A stretch of DNA of 63,039 bases, filler included, from Octopus bimaculoides (Eukaryota): NCBI RefSeq assembly GCF_001194135.2. It is 5 parts of 5 records of this genome, joined end to end, with 100 filler letters (N's around TTAATTAATTAA, not from the genome) between each part and the next. Parts side by side here need not be neighbours in the genome. Positions count along the whole stretch, not along the records: positions 45,583 to 55,630 come from NW_026322765.1; positions 55,731 to 59,945 come from NC_069008.1; positions 60,046 to 63,039 come from NW_026316518.1; 2 more parts are not named here. The stretch is one strand, 5' to 3'. This document shows positions 51,504-61,137 of this stretch, in pieces (the stretch's first letter is position 1; each line of letters starts with the position of its first letter). The notes below the pieces were generated by a model. The model was not told the DNA's origin. It searched no databases and was given only the letters and a program-made list of their open reading frames with translations. A program made the translations under genes and the position numbers.

Positions 51504-52078
51504 CATTTGTGTGTGTGTGTGTGTGTGCGCGTCTGAGTGTGTCTGTGTGTGTCTGTATAGAACGACCTAATAGAATCTGAATCAATCCAAAGGGAAGAAG
51601 TTCACTTAGAGAATATATTGCAGGTAACAATGTTTCGAAATGCATAGAAAATACCCCTGATTTGTAGAATATGTGAAAGAACAATGTCATAATGACTCTC
51701 AGAAAATCGCTGCCACTTAACAGTGTTGCTATAACAACCAAATACTCGTTCTGTAGATGTTCCATTCTGCGACATTGCTCTTTCTGTCTCTTTATTTGTT
51801 CGCTTCTTCGTTTCTTTATTTAGGTAAATGTGCACCCAGGTAGCACAAACACACACACACAGACGCACACATATACACACAATAATACATACGTGCACAC
51901 ATACACACACACACACACAAATACACACACGCACGCACACACATACACACACTCACACGCATGGAGAAATATGTGTATATGTATGTACATATGTACGTAT
52001 GTATGTGCGTATGTATGAATGTATGTATGTGTGTATGTATGTATGCGTGTATGAGCGTGTGTAGAGATAGATAGATAA

Positions 52079-52131
<53 letters not shown>

Positions 52132-52150
52132 CAAATTGTTTGCTAGACAA

Positions 52151-52204
<54 letters not shown>

Positions 52205-52214
52205 AGAGATAGAT

Positions 52215-52247
<33 letters not shown>

Positions 52248-52390
52248 AAGATAGATAGATAGATGCATACATACATACATACATACATACATACATAGAT
52301 GTGTGTGAGTACATGTGCGAGTATTGCTACATATACGCACACACATGTACCAATGTATGTGCGTATGTATGTATGTATGTATGTATAGGC
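51150..52390. repeat. microsatellite-rich block
   Basis: (TG)n, (CA)n, (GATA)n, (GA)n and (CATA)n runs seen directly. Confidence 0.9.
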
Positions 52391-52542
52391 AGAAGTTACA
52401 GAATGACTCAATGGCGAGAGTTTCGTGCGCAGGCACATATGAAACCGGTTTAAAATTATGGGTTTACATTTATTTAAACAGGTTAAAATCGTTGGAAGAA
52501 CCAACGCACATACATACATACATACATACATACATACATACA

Positions 52543-53748
52543 ACATCATATCCCCTCGACAACATCTTTTAATCACCATGTGTCGAAGTGCATCCCTTGA
52601 CCAAGTTTGCATACATGAGGCTGATAATGTCACAGGACTTGGAAGGCAACTCTTTGAGCAACACTCTCTGTCTGATAACCTAGAATACATGCCCAAAGAA
52701 GTCGCATAACTCTACCGCAACGTATCGTCAGAAGAAAGGATAAACCTATACAAGCAGAAGACTATGAATGGATATGTTAGAAAGCGACGAGATGATAGTA
52801 ACATCGATCATCAAAGCAGTTAATTAATCATGGACCAATAAGCGGATCACTACGTCCCATTTTGAAAGGTATGCCTTTGCAATCCAGAAACAGGAAATAT
52901 CAATCAAGTACCTGATGTACAAAAGGGATAGAGATACAGGAAAAGCCGTAAAATGTGACAACCGATGCAGACATTGTGGAGTTCATACTGAAGATATCAC
53001 CCACGTCATAAGTAGTTGTCCAAAAATGTCATCACTGTATTATCTCCCGATAAGACATGGCGTTGTAGCTAGGACACTCTATAATGAAATCCGTTGGAAG
53101 GATAACCCCGAGGACAAAGAAATAAGAACCCACAGTATGGTAGAAGCCATTGCCACTCATAATAAAAAAGAATGCTGGTGGAATGTCCCAGTGAAGACCT
53201 CAATAAAATGTAAGCACAACAGACCTGATATTATGATTTGCGATAGAGAAGAGAAACTGTGCACAGTTGTGGGAATTAGCTGCCCAGCGGATGTTAACAT
53301 AAAACTGAAGATCAGTGAAAAACAGAACTATTGAGAAATCTGCTGTTACTCTATCCAGATTACAAGTTCAGGTTTATACCTGTAATTATTGGGGCCCTGG
53401 GATACGTAACATACTGCCTAAATACCAATCTTGAGAAATTAGGCTTTTCAAAACCAGAAAGGAGAAAGCTAATCCAATCCATCACTGGGACTGTAAAAAT
53501 CAGTAAAACTTTCCAGAAGCTTTGTATTTAAATGTATCTGAAGATGTCTAGATTTGCAACAATATGCATGAGAATATATACTTAAAACATACAAATCTGC
53601 ACATGCATACATACATACATACATACATACACACAAACAAAAATACCCTGTTGCTGATGTTGAAATGACAATGAAGGAGCCTTGGATATAGGTCAGAAAC
53701 CGGCTCTTTCTTTATTGGCAAGATATCTTGAAATAAACTGAATAATGA
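52543..53748 (+). mobile_element. 5'-truncated R4/Dong-clade non-LTR retrotransposon (restriction-like endonuclease type)
   Basis: CRHC......DITHVISSC zinc knuckle, RHG (cf. RHD), WWN..V, NRPDI and ISCP (PD-(D/E)xK region), then FIPVIIGALG. Frameshifts and stops are present. The 3' UTR ends TGAATAATGA directly before (CATA)n. Confidence 0.85.
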
Positions 53749-53836
53749 CATACATACATACATACTACTTCCATACGTATATACATACATACATACATAC
53801 ATACATGCGTATATACACACATACATACATACATGC

Positions 53837-53912
53837 GAAGAAGCCTTGGATCTAGGCTAGAAAGCGGCTCTTTCTCTATTGGCAGGAAATCTTGAAATAA
53901 AACTGAACCATG
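53837..53912 (+). mobile_element. very short 3'-terminal copy of the same R4/Dong-type element
   Basis: AGCCTTGGAT.TAGG..AGAAA.CGGCTCTTTCT.TATTGGCA.GA.ATCTTGAAATAAACTGAA..ATGA matches 53677-53748; followed by CATACCTACC. Confidence 0.8.
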
Positions 53913-53929
53913 ACATACCTACCTTTCTA

Positions 53930-54265
53930 CCTATACTCATTTTATCGACCCCGAAGGTTGAAAGGTAAAGTCGACCTCGACAGAATTTGAACTCAGAACG
54001 TATCGACGGGTGAAACACCGTTAAACATTCCTCCAGCATGCAAACGATTCTTTTCCACTCTAGGAACAAGGACCGATATCTTGGGGGAGGGGGCAAGTCG
54101 ATTAGATTTCCCCCAATACGCAACTGGTACTTAATTTATCGACACCGAAAGGATGAAAGGCAAAGATTACCTCGATGGAATTTGAACTCAGAACATAAAG
54201 ACGGACGAAATACCGCTAAGCATCTCGCCCGACGTGCTAACGTTTCTGCCAGCTTGCCGCCTTTA
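53930..54265 (-). mobile_element. SINE family A units in tandem
   Basis: Reverse-oriented bodies and head AACGTTTCTGCCAGCTTGCCGCCTT. Confidence 0.85.
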
Positions 54266-55630
54266 GCTAGCATAGAATAATATAACAGAAAGGAGGCCAA
54301 AGTCTGCGAGTTAGCTACTCAATCCGGAGCGGGTGGAATCTTCCAGTTCGACAACAGAGACTTGTCTATGTGCATGCATTTGCTCTTTTACCCGCTCTGG
54401 ACTCAGTAGCTTTATTACCTTCATTGTATGCATCGTTAGTATCAAAATATTTTATAAAAGTATCTTGACTATATTATAGAAAACCAGAGGAGCGGAAAAT
54501 TNNNNNNNNNNNNNNNNNNNNNNNNNNNNNNNNNNNNNNNNNNNNNNNNNNNNNNNNNNNNNNNNNNNNNNNNNNNNNNNNNNNNNNNNNNNNNNNNNNN
54601 NNNNNNNNNNNNNNNNNNNNNNNNNNNNNNNNNNNNNNNNNNNNNNNNNNNNNNNNNNNNNNNNNNNNNNNNNNNNNNNNNNNNNNNNNNNNNNNNNNNN
54701 NNNNNNNNNNNNNNNNNNNNNNNNNNNNNNNNNNNNNNNNNNNNNNNNNNNNNNNNNNNNNNNNNNNNNNNNNNNNNNNNNNNNNNNNNNNNNNNNNNNN
54801 NNNNNNNNNNNNNNNNNNNNNNNNNNNNNNNNNNNNNNNNNNNNNNNNNNNNNNNNNNNNNNNNNNNNNNNNNNNNNNNNNNNNNNNNNNNNNNNNNNNN
54901 NNNNNNNNNNNNNNNNNNNNNNNNNNNNNNNNNNNNNNNNNNNNNNNNNNNNNNNNNNNNNNNNNNNNNNNNNNNNNNNNNNNNNNNNNNNNNNNNNNNN
55001 NNNNNNNNNNNNNNNNNNATATATATAGTTTTAGGGAAAAGAACCAAGTTTCACGAACACATATATTTCAACACGGAGAAAATAATACACGAAAAATAAT
55101 TTGCGAAGATGTTGACTCTATTATTATCTAGTGCAACAATTTAAAATTGGTGATAACAGAATCAATAATATAGGCCATTATAGGCCCCTAAAAAGCATTA
55201 AATAGCTGAAGGATTAAAACTAAGTATATTCCTACCTCATATATAAATCGCCAAAATACATGATAATAGCTACAAAAATCAACCGTCCGAAGGCAAACGG
55301 GCTAAGACGTTCAAGTATTTGGAATCACGTGGACTGATTTCTAAACTGGCATAATAGCCTCATCTTCCTCAGCACGTGTACCATGATAGAGAGCCTCAAC
55401 CCGTTGTGCTGAAGTCTGCGCTGCAACTGGTTTGTTTTGTGCTATTTAATGCTTTTGTGGGGCCTGAATTCGCCTATATTATTGATTCTGTTATTATCAT
55501 TTTTAAATTGCTGCACAAGATAATACTAGAATCAATGATATCTAAGCAAATTATATTTTCGTGAATTATTTGCTTCGTATTGAAATTATTTTAACACTGG
55601 TAGCTGCCATGACGGGTTGGGGCTCTCTAT

Positions 55631-55730
55631 NNNNNNNNNNNNNNNNNNNNNNNNNNNNNNNNNNNNNNNNNNNNTTAATTAATTAANNNNNNNNNNNNNN
55701 NNNNNNNNNNNNNNNNNNNNNNNNNNNNNN
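55631..55730. other. artificial scaffold linker
   Basis: 44 N + TTAATTAATTAA + 44 N; it supplies the false stop of the listed ORF 55679-56692. Confidence 0.95.
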
Positions 55731-56668
55731 CCTGTATGACTACGTACGTGGACAATTAAGTGCGAAGTAATAGGGAATGATTTACCACAGATGTCACACT
55801 GATATGGTTTCTCTTTCGTATGAATGTATTTGTGTGAAGCTAAGTTACTTGATCGAATGAATGATTTACCACAGATATCACAATGATGTGTCATTTCCCC
55901 TGTATGAATGCGTTTGTGAATACGTAAAGAAGCTAAGCGAGGGAAGGATTTACTACAGACATCACAATGATATGGTTTTTCTCCTGTGTGCACGCGTATG
56001 TGAAAAGTTAAATCACTCTTGTGAATGAATGGTTTACCACAGATATCACAATGCATCATTTCTCCTGTATGAATGAGTTTGTGAGCACGTAAAGACGCTA
56101 CGTGAGAAAATGATTTACTACAGACATCACATTGATGTGGTTTTTCTCCTGTGTGAATGCGTATGTGAACAGTTAAACCACTCTTTTGTGAGAATGATTT
56201 ACCACAGATATCACACTGATGTGTGTTTTCCCCAGCATGAATGCGCTTGTGAGCACGTAAATTGGTTAAACGAGAGAATGATTTACTACAGACATCACAA
56301 TGATGTGGTTTTTCTCCTGTGTGAGTGCGTACGTGACCAGTTAGATTAAGCTTCCGTGAAAATGATCTACCACAGATATCGCAGTGGTAAGGTTTTGCTT
56401 CTGTATGAACACGTTTGTGAGTATATAATTCAATTCTTTGAGAGAATGATTTACCACAGATATCACAATGATATGGCTCCTTGTCCATATGAATGCGTCT
56501 ATGTTTAGCTAACCAATTCTTTCTTGAGAATGATTTACCACAAACATCACAGGGATATGGTTTCTCACCTCTATTAATACATTTGTGTTTAATGAGCCTA
56601 CTTTCCAGAGAAAATGATTTTTGACAGATATCACAATGGTATGGGGATTTTTCAGTCTCTTTTTCCAT
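55731..56668 (-). CDS. C2H2 zinc-finger array protein, 11 fingers, 3'-incomplete
   Basis: Open frame from ATG at 56668 (MEKETEKSPYHCDIC...). Ten intact CxxC-x12-HxxxH fingers with TGEKP-like linkers; the first finger lacks its last His (HKCIN). The frame runs into the linker gap. Confidence 0.92.
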
Positions 56669-57436
56669 TTCTTCAATAAAATAATAAATCAATCCTTTAA
56701 GTCTGTAACATTATCCATTGTTTCAAAAGTCTTTTTCTCTCAGAACAATGTGTTTATNNNNNNNNNNNNNNNNNNNNNNNNNNNNNNNNNNNNNNNNNNN
56801 NNNNNNNNNNNNNNNNNNNNNNNNNNNNNNNNNNNNNNNNNNNNNNNNNNNNNNNNNNNNNNNNNNNNNNNNNNNNNNNNNNNNNNNNNNNNNNNNNNNN
56901 NNNNNNNNNNNNNNNNNNNNNNNNNNNNNNNNNNNNNNNNNNNNNNNNNNNNNNNNNNNNNNNNNNNNNNNNNNNNNNNNNNNNNNNNNNNNNNNNNNNN
57001 NNNNNNNNNNNNNNNNNNNNNNNNNNNNNNNNNNNNNNNNNNNNNNNNNNNNNNNNNNNNNNNNNNNNNNNNNNNNNNNNNNNNNNNNNNNNNNNNNNNN
57101 NNNNNNNNNNNNNNNNNNNNNNNNNNNNNNNNNNNNNNNNNNNNNNNNNNNNNNNNNNNNNNNNNNNNNNNNNNNNNNNNNNNNNNNNNNNNNNNNNNNN
57201 NNNNNNNNNNNNNNNNNNNNNNNNNNNNNNNNNNNNNNNNNNNNNNNNNNNNNNNNNNNNNNNNNNNNNNNNNNNNNNNNNNNNNNNNNNNNNNNNNNNN
57301 NNNNNNNNNNNNNNNNNNNNNNNNNNNNNNNNNNNNNNNNNNNNNNNNNNNNNNNNNNNNNNNNNNNNNNNNNNNNNNNNNNNNNNNNNNNNNNNNNNNN
57401 NNNNNNNNNNNNNNNNNNNNNNNNNNNNNNNNNNNN

Positions 57437-57622
57437 CGGGCGAAACGATCGACCATGTACGACCCTTGCGCCTCAGCTCTCGACGACCGGCGCGGCCGAC
57501 GAGATTCGGCGTTGGGCTTCTCCCGGTTCACTCGCCGTTACTTAGGGAATCCCGGTTGGTTTCTTTTCCTCCGCTTAGCGATATGCTTAAGTTCGGCGGG
57601 TAGTCTCGTCCGAGTCGAGGGC
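57437..57622 (-). rRNA. 28S rRNA 5'-end fragment (isolated, not a full unit)
   Basis: Minus strand reads ACCCGCCGAACTTAAGCATATCGCTAAGCGGAGGAAAAGAAACCAACCGGGATTCCCTAAGTAACGGCGAGTGAACCGGGAGAAGCCCAACGCCGAATC, the conserved eukaryotic LSU 5' block. It runs into an N gap. Confidence 0.93.
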
Positions 57623-57785
57623 AGCATTAGCTTGGAAGAAGTCGTCGCTGCGGCAAGCCGCATTCGATCCGTCGTCGTCCGGCACGAACGCTCGCAAACG
57701 AGATCCACAGAGCGAACGGCGACCGAAGATGTAGACGGCTGCGGCCGCCACGGAGTAATAAGAGGAGGCAACGACGGCAGGCAGA
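57623..57785 (-). other. probable ITS2 segment (GC-rich, immediately 5' of the 28S start)
   Basis: Inferred from position and GC richness. It ends abruptly in AT-rich sequence with no 5.8S visible. Confidence 0.65.
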
Positions 57786-57829
57786 AAAGTGTTACTTCAT
57801 TGATATATATTCAGCCATTTCAGCAGTAA

Positions 57830-57929
57830 AAAGAGCGCGCATGTATTCATTTGCATACGCGCGCTTGTAGGATCGACTACTCACGACTAGCTACCTCGGA
57901 CGCGGGACCACTCTTCTTTAGTAGTATCC
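57830..57929 (+). mobile_element. isolated Merlin-type right terminal repeat
   Basis: 57867-57888 matches the 22-bp TIR core at 59720-59741 at 21/22 bases. Its reverse complement starts GGATACTACTAAAGAAGAGTGGTCCC, similar to GGGTATTATTCAAGGAAAGTGGTCCC at 59070. Confidence 0.7.
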
Positions 57930-58173
57930 AAATGGCCTGAAGCTTGGATAACTTCTAGTCTCTCAAAGACCTCCATCAAGCGGATTTCTATTTTTTCCGC
58001 GCTAAGTTGGTCCCTCTCTTGCTTTTCTAAGTGTAGCGCCAACGCCGAACCATCTAGGTACAGCGGGAGAAAACTCGCTAAGTCATCTATTTCATCTTCT
58101 TTAACCAAGCGACAACATCCGCGTCACCGCAAAACGGTTTGATCATATCGTTCGAAATACGGACTACACTCAT
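57930..58173 (-). pseudogene. LTR retrotransposon gag N-terminal fragment (Gypsy-like)
   Basis: MSVVRISNDMIKPFCGDADVVAWLKKMK, a frameshift, then IDDLASFLPLYLDGSALALHLE..ERDQLSAEKIE.RL.EVF. This matches a recalled invertebrate gag pattern GDVVAW...D.ASF.PLYL.G.ALA.Y. It is cut by the Merlin-type end. Confidence 0.7.
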
Positions 58174-58184
58174 ACTTTTCTTTT

Positions 58185-58723
58185 TGTTATGGGCCGAAAT
58201 AGCCTTTAGTGTGACGGAGGGAAAAGACAACAGAACAAGAAGCAAAAGGGAGAAAGGAATACAGCGACCTTACNNNNNNNNNNNNNNNNNNNNNNNNNNN
58301 NNNNNNNNNNNNNNNNNNNNNNNNNNNNNNNNNNNNNNNNNNNNNNNNNNNNNNNNNNNNNNNNNNNNNNNNNNNNNNNNNNNNNNNNNNNNNNNNNNNN
58401 NNNNNNNNNNNNNNNNNNNNNNNNNNNNNNNNNNNNNNNNNNNNNNNNNNNNNNNNNNNNNNNNNNNNNNNNNNNNNNNNNNNNNNNNNNNNNNNNNNNN
58501 NNNNNNNNNNNNNNNNNNNNNNNCCTTGTCGACCGTGACAGGATAAGCGATCGCTTCATATGAAAACACAATCAGCCAAATTAAATCCGGGACCTCTACG
58601 CTCGCCGTCCCTGCTCGAACTGCCACGCATGCGCCTGTGGCTCTTCAGCCGGGTCCTGCTGTCTTCACTTCCGTTTGCTTCACCTTCAATCCTCCTCCAC
58701 ATAGCTCATCACAGCCCATAACA
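58185..58723 (-). mobile_element. candidate LTR (contains a 250-N gap)
   Basis: Bounded by a perfect 10-bp inverted pair TGTTATGGGC (58185-58194) and GCCCATAACA (58714-58723), giving TG...CA ends. It lies directly 5' of the gag ATG. Confidence 0.55.
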
Positions 58724-58972
58724 CCACAAACACAACACAGTGGCCGGGTGTTAAAGTAAACATTAACCGATAATTTAACTTTTTATACACCACATGACGT
58801 AATTAAACTTAATCGTTTTCAAAATACAAACAGCGAGGCAGAACCCATTGAAAACGACATCTTGTGTTAGTTGTTTCCCTTGATAAGATTTACTTCCTGA
58901 ATTACCCAATAGATGGCTCTACTCACTGATCCTTTGTTTATTTTCAGCATTTTATTTCACATGCCACACTCT

Positions 58973-59013
58973 CTGTCACGCGGGAGGCCAGGGTTCAATT
59001 CCCCGTCTGGGAA
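58973..59013 (+). pseudogene. tRNA-Asp(GTC) 3'-half fragment
   Basis: CTGTCACGCGGGAGGCCAGGGTTCAATTCCCCGTCTGGGA matches the tRNA-Asp anticodon loop, variable loop and T arm. The D arm and 5' acceptor strand are absent. A T run follows at about 59021-59027. Confidence 0.8.
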
Positions 59014-59027
59014 TTCCTTATTTTTTT

Positions 59028-59069
59028 AAGGCGGTGAGCTGGTAGAATCGTTAGCACACTGGTCGAAAT
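59028..59069 (+). mobile_element. SINE family A head, truncated at the Merlin-type left end
   Basis: AAGGCGGTGAGCTGGTAGAATCGTTAGCACACTGGTCGAAAT. Confidence 0.75.
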
Positions 59070-59782
59070 GGGTATTATTCAAGGAAAGTGGTCCCGGTGC
59101 GCGCACTCGCACAAACGCATAGCGAGTCGTGACTAGTCGATCCTACGACTTTCTAGCGCGAGTGCACGTCATGCGCAAAACATGTTAGGGTTTTTTCTAA
59201 ACAAAGTAAATAACTTTTTAAAACAAAGTAAATAAATCATACACTACATGTTATTGGTAAAGAGTCTATTAAAGAGTCGGCCTTTCAAAATCTACTGTTG
59301 TCCAATGGTATCAGTACAAGCAATTATCTTCTGCGTAACTCCTACCAAATTGGTGGACTTGGGCACACCGTAGAAACAGATGAATCTATGATGTGCAAGC
59401 GCAAATACAACAGAGGACGGGATAGAGAGGATAAAAATAGGTTTCTAATCTTTGTACCTGACCGTTCTTCTCAAACTGTTATTCCATTAATTGAAAAATT
59501 TATCAAACCAAGGACGATTATATATTCTGATTGTTGGAGTGCGTCGTACAATGGGATTACCGAAATAGAGGCGACACCAAAATACACCTTGGAAGAACGT
59601 GAAACGACGTTTTAGGAGTAAGATGGGGAAGATTCAACAACAAAATATTATTTACTTTGTATTTTACTCAATTTGTTTACATGTTTTGAGCATACGCCCA
59701 TTCACGCTAGATAGTAGTTGTAGGATCGACTAGTCACGACTAGCTTGAGCGTGTGTGCGAGTATAACACTATTGTAATGCCC
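59070..59782 (+). mobile_element. Merlin (IS1595/ISXO2-like transposase) DNA transposon, internally deleted, with long imperfect TIRs
   Basis: ORF 59298-59615 reads IGGLGHTVETDESMMCKRKYNRGR...VPDRSSQTVIPLIEKFIKPRTIIYSDCW. A perfect 22-bp inverted core lies at 59125-59146 and 59720-59741 within about 80-bp imperfect arms. Confidence 0.85.
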
Positions 59783-59799
59783 TGGTAGATATTTTTTTA

Positions 59800-59908
59800 A
59801 GGTATACTATTATGAAATAAAACTGTTTTCTTTCCAGAAACTGGTGGAGAATACGTTTTTCTGGAGACTTATAGTGGGGCCTCAAGGCGAAGAGGTTGGG
59901 AAACACTA
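59800..59908 (+). mobile_element. possible hAT/Charlie-type right end
   Basis: GAGGTTGGGAAACACTA resembles the AGGTTGGGAACCACTG terminus; no other support. Confidence 0.3.
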
Positions 59909-59945
59909 CTCTACAACCAGAGAACTGGCTTTATATACAGAACTT

Positions 59946-60045
59946 NNNNNNNNNNNNNNNNNNNNNNNNNNNNNNNNNNNNNNNNNNNNTTAATTAATTA
60001 ANNNNNNNNNNNNNNNNNNNNNNNNNNNNNNNNNNNNNNNNNNNN
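59946..60045. other. artificial scaffold linker
   Basis: 44 N + TTAATTAATTAA + 44 N. Confidence 0.95.
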
Positions 60046-60050
60046 ATATA

Positions 60051-60137
60051 TATATTATAAGGTTTTTAACTTTTAAATTTTCATATTCATGTCTGTTTTG
60101 AATATGAAAATTTTAAAGTTAAAAACCTTATAATATA
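60051..60137. repeat. near-perfect AT-rich hairpin (39-bp stem, 1 mismatch, 9-nt loop)
   Basis: TATATTATAAGGTTTTTAACTTTTAAATTTTCATATTCA / TGAATATGAAAATTTTAAAGTTAAAAACCTTATAATATA. Confidence 0.9.
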
Positions 60138-60569
60138 AATATAAACTGTGAGAACGACCCTTAAGGAATCTAGTTAATGATCCCCTAAGGTAAGTTCTTA
60201 TGCTATATTGGTAACGGTTGCTACATCCTCTGGAAAATTATTATATATATACACACACACACACACACACGGTTTTTTAATAACATTAGTAATGAAATCA
60301 TATTTACTAGAGAACAGGATCAAATTTATTGCGTCACATAAATTCAGTATGAATTGTATATAACAAATAGAAATAAAAGCAATTATACTGTAAGTCTATA
60401 TTCCCTTACGTCAGACAGACATAAGGAATAAAACGCCTATTACTTTATTCATGTGCAGAAAACACATTGCCGTCTAAATATTAGTTCAACTGTTAAGTCG
60501 CAAATACATGTGAGTTGTAACTCATATACGCAGACATCTCGAAAGAAAATGGACGCCGTTATTTTTGAA

Positions 60570-60948
60570 CGATGTGGCTGTGTGGTAAGAAGCTTGCTTC
60601 CCGACTACATGGTCCCGGGCCCAGTCCCACTGCGTGACACCTTGGGCAGGTATCTTCTGCTACAGCCACGGGGCCGACCGAAGCATTGTCAGTGAATTGG
60701 ATAGGCGGAAACTGAAAGAAGCTCGTCGTATTTATGTGTGTGTGTGTTAGTGTGTGTGTGTCCCGCCATCGTTTTACGACCGATGCTGGTGTATTTGCGT
60801 CCCTGTAACTTAGCGGCTCAGCAAAAGAAACGATGGAATAAGTATCAGGCTTTAAAAAAATTCAAGTACTGGGGTCGATTCATTTAACTAAAATTCTTCA
60901 AGGCGGTGCTCCAGTATGGCCGCAGTCTAATGACTGAAGAAAGTAAAT
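60570..60948 (+). mobile_element. SINE family B, near full length
   Basis: GGCTGTGTGGTAAGAAGC head, CACCTTGGGCAGGT core, GGCGGTGCTCCAGTATGGCCGCAGTCTAATGACTGAA tail. Confidence 0.9.
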
Positions 60949-60967
60949 GATAACAGACAGAAGACAA

Positions 60968-61137
60968 CAGCGAGCTAGCAGAGTCGTTAGCGAAATGCTT
61001 AGCGGTATTTCATTGGTTTTTACGTTCTGAGTTCAAATTCTGCCGAGGTCGACTTAGCCTTTCATCCTTTCGACTAATCAATATAATCGACTTAGCCTCC
61101 TACCCTGAAATTGCTGGCCTTGTGCCAAAATTCGAAA
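60968..61137 (+). mobile_element. SINE family A, internally deleted
   Basis: Head, TTCTGAGTTCAAATTCTGCCGAGGTCGAC body, GGCCTTGTGCCAAAATTCGAA tail. Confidence 0.8.

Noticed and set aside
55679-55730. Stop codon and last residues of the listed 337-aa ZNF ORF
   Set aside because: The TAA comes from the artificial linker, so the real C-terminus is missing.
57538-57771. 77-aa GC-rich ORF
   Set aside because: It overlies ITS2 and the 28S 5' end; the open frame reflects GC richness.
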